Under the pieces are notes generated by a model. The model saw only the letters and a program-made list of their open reading frames with translations. It searched no databases and was not told the DNA's origin. Below are positions 56,715 to 64,000 of a stretch of 64,000 nucleotides of DNA, one piece after another (within the stretch, counting starts at the first letter, position 1; each line of letters opens with the position of its first letter). This DNA is from Cyanidioschyzon merolae (Eukaryota), in assembly GCA_000091205.1 (NCBI GenBank), contig AP006500.2; one strand, 5' to 3'. Made by a program: the position numbers and the translations under genes.

Positions 56715-57621
56715 ATGTACAGTCTAACGAAGCTCAGTCGGCAACTCTGGAAGTTGGAGAGAACTAGTGTGCGTTCCTTTTTCGTGGAACGGGCGTTTAC
56801 CCTGGGAACCCGAAGTACACGGGGTCGGTTGAGCACCAGTGCGTCGGTCTCGAGCAGTGCGCAACCAGCCACAGCAGCCGCAACGGCTCCGGAACCTCCC
56901 AAGCCACCGCCGAAACCAGACCACGTGCGTCTGAAGATTGATGGAAGAGAGGTGGAGGTTCCTCGGGCGAGCACAGTGATTCAAGCGTGTCAAGCTGCTG
57001 GCGTGAACATCCCTCACTTTTGCTACCACGAGCGGCTGTCTGTGGCTGGCAACTGCCGCATGTGCTTGGTTGAGGTTGAAAAGATGCCCAAGCTTGCAAT
57101 CAGTTGTGCGCTGCCCGTCATGGATGGCATGAGCATCATAACAGACTCGCCGCGGGTGAAGAAAAGCCGTGAGGCTGTGCTTGAGTTTTTGCTCAAGTCG
57201 CACCCGCTGGACTGTCCAATATGCGGTAAGTTTTCAGCACCGTCGAACTTTCAACTCAAGAAAAGAGCAAAATACTAACCGTTTCGACTTTATAGACCAA
57301 GGTGGCGAATGTCAACTACAAGAGCTAAGTATGGTGTTTGGTTCCGATCGAGGACGCTACTACGAGTACAAGCGCACCGTCGACGACAAGTACTGGGGCC
57401 CGCTCATCAAAACCGTCATGACGAGATGCATCCACTGTACGCGCTGCGTTCGTTTTGCCGAGGAGGTCGCAGGTGTTGCGGATATCGGCACCGCCGGACG
57501 TGGCGAATCGACCGAGATCACCATGTATTTGCCGGAAAAGTTCTTCCAATCGGAGCTCAGTGGCAACGTGATCGATTTATGTCCAGTTGGAGCACTTACT
57601 CGAAAGCGTTATGAGCATTGA
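56715..57621 (+). CDS. NADH:ubiquinone oxidoreductase 75-kDa subunit (NDUFS1/NuoG/Nad11) N-terminal Fe-S domain only, mitochondrial precursor; two exons join(56715..57225,57296..57621), 278 aa
   Basis: Exon 1 ends ...HPLDCPIC(G). Exon 2 begins (D)QGGECQLQE, restoring the universal NuoG motif CPICDQGGECDLQ only when the 70-nt GTAAGT...TAG intron is removed. Also [35 protein letters not shown] (2Fe-2S N1b), [10 protein letters not shown]...CPVGALT (4Fe-4S N4). The frame stops right after [13 protein letters not shown]. Presequence [28 protein letters not shown]. Confidence 0.75.
57226..57295 (+). other. Spliceosomal intron (70 nt, phase 1) with strict consensus signals
   Basis: 5' splice site GTAAGT at 57226, branch point TACTAAC at 57274-57280, 3' splice site TATAG ending at 57295. 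Removal fuses the two NuoG reading frames exactly at the conserved DQGGEC motif. Confidence 0.85.
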
Positions 57622-58333
57622 AAACGAATTTGGGCAAGACTTTTCAAAAATTGATGACGAACTCTATGCACTGATGAATGGAATATTCCGTTATCCCTGT
57701 CCGAGAGTGAAGATGAAACTCATTGCGGATACCTGATGGACTACCTGAGCACGGAGTTTGTATCTATACAGTATTTCATGACGTCCTATGATGAAGCGGA
57801 CCCAGACAAGTCCACTGAGATGCTTGGCTCTGCATGGAAGTCGCTGGTGAAAGCTCGATACGTGCCGCGATTCTCAAGTGCCGGCCGAAGATCAAGTCCA
57901 TGGTTTCATGCGCGCGTACGTGAATTCTCGGGTGTGTATGGAAGAATGCGGGTATGCATCGGCTACCGAATGCTCTGTGGCGCTTGCATTCGCGGCACTG
58001 TATCGTACACATCGTGATGTTGGTTAACAGCAACAACAACTCGCCCGAGAAATGACACTCCCTGAGACCCGGCTACCTGCGACTGCACATGGCGATGCGG
58101 TAACCAGTCAGCAGTGGAAATGGCAACCTCGAACATAAGAAAATTCGCAGTTTTCTTCCTATACTCCTGTCGAAGAACAAGCAGTGCGTGACTTCACAAG
58201 CTCGCAGCGCGCTGTGGTCAAGTCGCATACAGAACCCGACGCCGTGACACGCGGGCGGGCGATGGTCTCTGGTCGACCTCCAAAACATACCATCGCTCGA
58301 TAAAATTTTTTGGTTACTGCAAGAGACTCAGTG

Positions 58334-59179
58334 TCAGCTGGTCAACGTGGAGATTGGCCGATGTTTCGGACCATCCATCAGACCCAGCGGCTGCGAGACC
58401 GTCGATCCGTTTGGATTGACACTAGTCGCCCAAGTCGGGTGCAGTGCAAGCGGCCCGTCGGTGCCCGGAGCGCCCCGCGGTTCGCCCACCAGCGCAGGAC
58501 CTGGAGGCACCCACTTGCCGTTCTCCATTGCGGTCCACAGGGCAGATGCGTCACAAGGATACGCCAGTTGCGGGCTCGGTGTCACCGCCCTGGATCTCGG
58601 TGAAAGCGCACCAGTGGTTACTGTATCGCGAACAGTATCGACGTCATACTGAATCGCGACAAGAATGCGCCCAGCGAAGCGCCCGGCCCGTGCTCGACCT
58701 TTCTTCAGCGGATAGTGGAATGAATACCAAAGTTCACTCCGCCCGGAAGTGTCAAACTTTATCCGCGATAGCGGAATACGTACGCGACTAACGACTTCGG
58801 ACGTTTCCGTACAGCAGAATCCATGGCGCATTTCGCAAATATCGCAGACGATAACAAAATCAGGAAGCGTAAACGCGTTACATTGGCCGCTTTCGAGACA
58901 AAAGCGCTGCGGTCCACGACTCTTACGCCTGAACGTAACAACGTTTGTGGCGAACTCCGTTTCTTCGTTCATACGAAGCTGGAAGCTTGTATCTAGCCAC
59001 ACACGGACAAAGAGCCGACGGGGAAACATCCCGACTTCAACGTCACGAATCTCACGCACCGTGACGGACACGCTCGAACGCATACCATTTGGCGTGTAAA
59101 TCGTCTGTGCGAGCGACGGCGTCTCTCTGGAAAACTGCATCAGTTTTTCAAAACAATAGAATTGTCGTGACCTGTACAC
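58334..59179 (-). CDS. Hypothetical protein, possible C2-like beta-sandwich domain
   Basis: 281-aa ORF. N-terminal half has alternating hydrophobic beta-strand pattern (VSVTVREIRDVEV...LFVRVWLD...FTLPDFVIVCDI...RIPLSRI) reminiscent of C2 domains. Weak. Confidence 0.3.
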   Translation of the reverse strand: MYRSRQFYCFEKLMQFSRETPSLAQTIYTPNGMRSSVSVTVREIRDVEVGMFPRRLFVRVWLDTSFQLRMNEETEFATNVVTFRRKSRGPQRFCLESGQCNAFTLPDFVIVCDICEMRHGFCCTETSEVVSRVRIPLSRIKFDTSGRSELWYSFHYPLKKGRARAGRFAGRILVAIQYDVDTVRDTVTTGALSPRSRAVTPSPQLAYPCDASALWTAMENGKWVPPGPALVGEPRGAPGTDGPLALHPTWATSVNPNGSTVSQPLGLMDGPKHRPISTLTS

Positions 59180-61238
59180 TACAAAAGTGCGTCCCTAGAA
59201 GTTATCTATTGCAGTTCAGCGCTGTTCTTCACCTGGTGTAGCGCAGAACCTCGGCACTGGAGAAGCCGGGAACAGCGTCGATAGGTTGCATGTGCGCGCG
59301 TCATTTCCAGGGCTGCTGTCGGGTGGCCCGCGCACGTGCGGCGATGCCAAATGGACACGACTGCGCGAGATTGAAACGGCAGGCGATGAGACGCCCTGGG
59401 GCTCGTCGCTTCCAGCACCTGGAACAGGATCCAGCGATTGCGCGACTCGAAAGGCCTTTCTGGTACCGAATGCGATTCCGTATGTGTTGACGGGTGGCAA
59501 GGATGCTGGATCCAGCTAGTGTATGCTGGAAAATGTCTAGTGGGTTTCAGTGGAATCGCTGAACACCTAGCTTACTGCGCAGTGGTACACTCGCGCACTG
59601 ATACGAGGCAGTGTGCGGAATCCGCCGGGGATGAAGGACTGCTATGAAAGAGGAATACGGTTCGCTCCGACGCTGATTCGAGGCAGTGCACAGAGTCCAC
59701 TGAATATTCGGAACAGCGGTGCTGGAGGAGCGTTGTTTAGCTGGCTGCTGATGCGAGGCAGCATGTGGAATGCGCGGCGGATCTGGGGCATGTGACGGAA
59801 TCGTGTACTGCATACTGCGTCGACCGGGACTGGGAAAATATCAGAGAAACCCATCCATGGTAAGTTCTGCGATCAACAGGAATGCGTCGTGCACCATATT
59901 CAGCTTCCCAACAAAGGCAGCAGGGAAGTCGATAAAGCTGGGATCCACTGCCAGTGCTTGGAGGCACGTAGCGGCGCATTGCCGCCGATGCACCAGTGCA
60001 AAGCGTTCCTGTCAAACACGATTTGTCCGTGGCAAGACACAACTCAAAGAGCGTCGAGCTTGAGTTTCGGATCGATCGGTCGTTGTTCAAACGATGAGGA
60101 ATCGAGCGCTTTGAACCCGGGGGACAGGGACCCACGAAAGCATCGCACAGGGCCGGCGGTCGACGACAATCGCCTCGAGCGTGAGATTCCGCTTTGGATG
60201 CGAGCGCCCTCGGGTCGAGGTCAACTATATTTGCATTTTCGAGGATCGTCGAATCTTGGCAGCGATCCCGAAGAGCGCATTGGTTATCGGCACCAGAGGA
60301 GGTGCCCATCATTTCGGAACGCACACCCAAGCTCCGCAGTCCACCATCCAGACCTTCCTTGGTGAATCACGGTTCGAGTAGACGATCCCCAGTATGGACG
60401 CCGTAACGAGGCGGGACTGCTTTGCTACGACCTTGAAGGTGTCAGCTCGAGACTTTTTGAAGGGAATTCCATTCAGAAAGCACACATGTCCATAGTTAGA
60501 CAGGGTTCAAGGCCATGTCCGATCCGCAGACCCCTCAACTTGGCCAGTTCTATACAGTATCGTGCGCTGCGGTATGCATGGAGTGGCGCTCTCCGTACCC
60601 AGCTGCGTTGATACAGGATATCATACCACCACCACCACCACCACAAACAAAGACAAGTACGGACGAGACTTGCCTGCCGCTGAGATCGCAAAAGGCCCGG
60701 CACTGCGTATATCGCGCCACAATACCCGTTGCCAAATGCCGATCCCACAGCAATCTCAGTTGGGCCAAGACGTTGCAAAAGCAGAGGGCAGCACACGATT
60801 GATCGACTCGGAAAGCCTGCATTGTTGTTCGGAGCCCAGGTGATGCCCCCGCAGAAGCGGTGCGTGCTCCTGCAAACCCAGCTTGCAGATGCTGCTTCAA
60901 GCCTTGATACCGCCGTTCGTATGCGTTGCGCTTGCATCAAGCTCGAGACCCTTGTCCACGACGCGGATTCGGATTCAAGAGAGGACTCGATAAAATGCGT
61001 GCGCCTGGCATTGCCAACGACGAAAGCATTCCGGGGAACGACGCAAGCTAGAAACGCAGCGTTCGAGTCTATGCGAGCAGCTTGCATCACTGATGTCGCG
61101 ATACCATTGCGTTCACATCAGACTATACCGAGGCCATTGATTCAATAGGCGCTAGCTCCCCGAGCCCAGAAATGATGTCGCTTGGCACTGATTGCCGTTC
61201 GGAGCATCGACTCAGTCGCACTTCTGCAACGCCACCGT

Positions 61239-63302
61239 TCAGATGCTTTTCTGGAGTCGCGGCTTGTTATAGAGCAGGAACACAAAGGCAATTGCACGAT
61301 ACGCTACATCAAGCATGATTAGAAAACCGATGTTTCCGCCGATACCAAATGAATTGATGTTGTACGTGACCAGTGGATTATTGGTATTCGAACGCGGAAT
61401 GTACCCGAATTCATTGTCCATGACAGCCGCGAATCCATAGTAGATAAACGACACAAAGCGAAGCCATCGCAACCACACGGGAATCACATCAGGGCCGATA
61501 AAGAAGCCGCCGAAAAGCAGCGACAGCACGATCAGTACCGGAGCGATTGCCGCTGCTGTTTGCGGGCTACTCGCTGAGGCGCTAGCCATAAGGGTCAGTG
61601 ATTCCGCGGTATGGGCCGTCAACAGCACAAGCACCACGAAGATGAAAAAAGAGGACGGATGCGGTTGCAAGCCTACCATCCAGTACGTGATGCAAGCGAA
61701 GAGAATAGCGAGCACCACCAATCGGGGAAGCTCGGCGACGCTCTTGGCGAGGAAGTAAGCACTTACGCGATAGAAACGCGATAAGCGCTCTCGCAAGACA
61801 ATACCCCGCTCAAGCGGGAACAAGAAAACAACGCCGAAAGACGCACCGAAAGCCTGATTGATAAGCAGGAAGAAAAGAACGCCGGGTACAGCGTTCAAGT
61901 CAGAGGAATTGCGTCCAGTGTTCAACCAGATCAAACCCAAAACGACTGAAAAGATGATCGTCTGAAAGAAGCGCGCAAAGTTCGTGCCCTTTTCGCGCAC
62001 CATGAGTTTGAAGGAGCGCTTCACCAGGAGCCCAAACTGTACCGGCCACGGTTCAGCGTAGTTCGGTTCGCCTTGGGACGAGAAGAGCGACACGCCCTTA
62101 CGCGTTACTTTGGTATGCAGGTCACCGATGGCGCCCAACGGATCATCCAGCGGCAGCGAGGCCTCCGACTTGTGTTCGAGAAAGCGATTGGCTAGGTAAC
62201 TGATTCGTGCCCGTGTCTGCTTCTCCAGTGTCTTGGAGCGCGCATTCAGAGAGATCAAATCCAGTGCAAAATCCGCTGGGTTAAAGTAGGCCGGACATGG
62301 ATACTTGAGCGCCGCGAAATACGGCACCATATCTTTCGCCGGACCAAAGTAGATTTGATGACCCTCGCTTAGCAGCAACAGGTAATCAAACATCTGGAAA
62401 ATCTGCGAACGTGGTTGATGAATGGTTGCAATGATCGTACGCCCGCGTCTCGCTAGCCGCAACATCGTGAGCATCACCGCCTGTGCCTGGAACGAGTCCA
62501 GGCCGGTGGTCGGCTCATCCAGGAGCAGTAGTGGCGGGTTCGTCACCAATTCTATACCGATGTTCACGCGCTTGCGTTCACCGCCACTGACACCTCGCTG
62601 TACAGCGTTCCCGATTAAAGTATTGGTGGCGTTTGCAAGGCCCAGCTCCGTGATCACCTGCTCCACGCGCCGCATCTTCTTCTCGATGGGCATCGAGGCG
62701 GGCAAACGACACTGCGCACTAAACTCGATCTGTTCACGTACGGTGAGGTCAGCAAACACGCGAGCGTCCTGCTCGACAAATCCCGTGTACCGGCGGAACA
62801 TGTTGACGTCGCGTTCGTGCCCGTTGATACGTAGCTCACCGCTAATTTCGTACTCACCAACAGGAATTCGACCTCCAAGCATCGACAAGAGGGCAGTCTT
62901 ACCCGCGCCACTACCCCCCATAATGGCGAGCACTTGACCCGGCCGCGCGTAACCAGTTATGCCTTTGAGAATGGGCTTTACCACAGTCTCCTTCGAGCGT
63001 TTAAACGGGCCACCTGTTTTGAGTCGTACCGACAAGCACAAGTCGTGCCAGTTCATCGAGAAGGTATGCTGCTGAATAAGCGAAACCTCGACGCTTTTTG
63101 ATTCCATTCTTTGTCCTTCAAAGAAGGAGCCTTGGCCTGCATCCGTGCTAAACTCGGCGAACTCATCGTCTACATGGGACTTGAGCGGGTCAAAGGGTAC
63201 GTAGCTATCTCTGTTGCCGGTAGCGTTTATCTCCTCATTCCGGTGCGCGGCAGTTGCGCCTGCTTCCTCGTCTCCAGTACCGTTTTCGTACACATCACCC
63301 AT
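61239..63302 (-). CDS. ABCG-family (White-type) half transporter, NBD-TMD order
   Basis: Walker A GGSGAGKTALLSMLGGR, ABC signature VSGGERKRVNIGIELV, Walker B LLLLDEPTTGLDS, followed by a hydrophobic six-helix region. 687 aa. Confidence 0.9.
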   Translation of the reverse strand: MGDVYENGTGDEEAGATAAHRNEEINATGNRDSYVPFDPLKSHVDDEFAEFSTDAGQGSFFEGQRMESKSVEVSLIQQHTFSMNWHDLCLSVRLKTGGPFKRSKETVVKPILKGITGYARPGQVLAIMGGSGAGKTALLSMLGGRIPVGEYEISGELRINGHERDVNMFRRYTGFVEQDARVFADLTVREQIEFSAQCRLPASMPIEKKMRRVEQVITELGLANATNTLIGNAVQRGVSGGERKRVNIGIELVTNPPLLLLDEPTTGLDSFQAQAVMLTMLRLARRGRTIIATIHQPRSQIFQMFDYLLLLSEGHQIYFGPAKDMVPYFAALKYPCPAYFNPADFALDLISLNARSKTLEKQTRARISYLANRFLEHKSEASLPLDDPLGAIGDLHTKVTRKGVSLFSSQGEPNYAEPWPVQFGLLVKRSFKLMVREKGTNFARFFQTIIFSVVLGLIWLNTGRNSSDLNAVPGVLFFLLINQAFGASFGVVFLFPLERGIVLRERLSRFYRVSAYFLAKSVAELPRLVVLAILFACITYWMVGLQPHPSSFFIFVVLVLLTAHTAESLTLMASASASSPQTAAAIAPVLIVLSLLFGGFFIGPDVIPVWLRWLRFVSFIYYGFAAVMDNEFGYIPRSNTNNPLVTYNINSFGIGGNIGFLIMLDVAYRAIAFVFLLYNKPRLQKSI

Positions 63303-64000
63303 TGTTTCATTCTTTTAGGCTGACAGCACAGTTACCGTTCAAGAGCAGTGTCTTGTAGTAACTGGGGCACAGAGCATGTGTACGGCTCAAAGGCACCCCG
63401 CGTGGCCGTGTAGAAGGAATGAATCTCACGAAGATGGACGCGTGACGTCCGGCGCGCCAATCGCAGATACGCATGCGAGGCACTCTTTGTCCAGTTTACT
63501 GGCTTCGAGAAGCGGTGCGCATCACGGGGGCACCTGCCAGATTCCCATCCGTCTTTGAACTCAATTGTGTTTCACTATTAGGAGCGTGTCACCAAATGCT
63601 ATTCGCTGGTCAATAGCAAACACGTTCGAAGTGCGTTCATTTGAAGAAATAAAAAAAATTCAAGGGAAAGGTACGAACATGGACGTCCGGAATCCTGAAG
63701 GGCTGTCATCGTCGGGTACCGGAAAACACGAAAGAATATCCACTTGGCTCGGACCAACATGCGAAGAAGAGCGAGTAACGAAGAAGTAGGAGAGGGGATA
63801 TGGACGAGAAAAAGTGTTTGCTCGACGGGACGATGATGAGCCTGTAGTGGCACAGGGGGCGCGAATTTCAGGAACCCCTGCACTGATGAGTTCAAGCAGA
63901 GGCAATAAACACATGGAGGTCGGGAACCGAAACTTCAGCGCCGCCATTAATATCAGACGACATGCGGTGCCGAAGACGAGACTCGCAGAGCAGTCTCTCA

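Noticed and set aside
57622-58300. Continuation of NuoG beyond the stop at 57621 via a second intron
   Set aside because: No GTAAGT/TACTAAC/YAG signals comparable to intron 1 were found. No downstream frame encodes the expected ...SKPYAFTARPWE... or molybdopterin-like motifs.
60355-60400. Possible tRNA T-arm (cacGGTTCGAgt)
   Set aside because: There is no matching acceptor stem, D-arm or anticodon arm around it. No tRNA could be confidently recognised anywhere in the window by eye.
60473-61090. 205-aa ORF with WWWWWW run, and 59737-60330 ORF
   Set aside because: The poly-Trp comes from a (TGG)n/(CCA)n microsatellite. There is no domain and composition is atypical. It is likely non-coding spacer between the C2-like ORF and ABCG.
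1-64000. Prokaryotic interpretation (operons, defence islands, CRISPR)
   Set aside because: Gene content is eukaryotic (DDB1, RRP9, Sly1, Arp, ribosomal uL2, Thg1, Spo11). Genes alternate strands with kb-scale spacers and there are no SD-like starts. A canonical GT-AG/TACTAAC spliceosomal intron is present. Mitochondrial and plastid presequences are present.

Overview
This 64-kb window is nuclear DNA from a GC-rich, intron-poor eukaryote; it is not a prokaryote. About 25 protein genes sit on alternating strands, each as one long uninterrupted ORF, separated by 0.5-2 kb non-coding spacers. There are no Shine-Dalgarno-type starts or operons. One gene carries a textbook spliceosomal intron (GTAAGT...TACTAAC...TAG). 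Many of the encoded proteins are organelle-targeted: a plant-type [2Fe-2S] ferredoxin with a transit peptide, Hsp33 with an N-terminal extension, an ArsA/GET3 with two tandem ATPase domains, LipB, glycine dehydrogenase P-protein, BolA, a twin-Cx9C protein, MoaA/MOCS1A, ribosomal protein bL18 and the N-terminal Fe-S module of complex-I subunit NDUFS1. The rest are nuclear housekeeping genes: DDB1, RRP9/U3-55K, an Arp4-like actin-related protein, cyclophilin, Sly1, Spo11, Thg1, ribosomal protein uL2, a BCD1-like zf-HIT protein and an ABCG transporter. Inference only: this gene set plus the near-absence of introns suggests a plastid-bearing unicellular alga, for example a cyanidiophyte-like red alga. 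Structures that gene content does not explain: (i) two ~1.53-kb direct repeats (36321-37848 and 42113-43640) that agree at all but about ten positions in a by-eye comparison and bracket the glycine dehydrogenase gene; (ii) a frameshifted non-LTR retrotransposon reverse-transcriptase remnant just upstream of DDB1; (iii) a perfectly homogeneous 4 x 115-bp tandem array upstream of (iv) a stand-alone, intron-containing gene for only the N-terminal Fe-S domain of NDUFS1; (v) a 66-bp tandem repeat and several microsatellites. No rRNA, CRISPR or confidently identifiable tRNA was found by eye.
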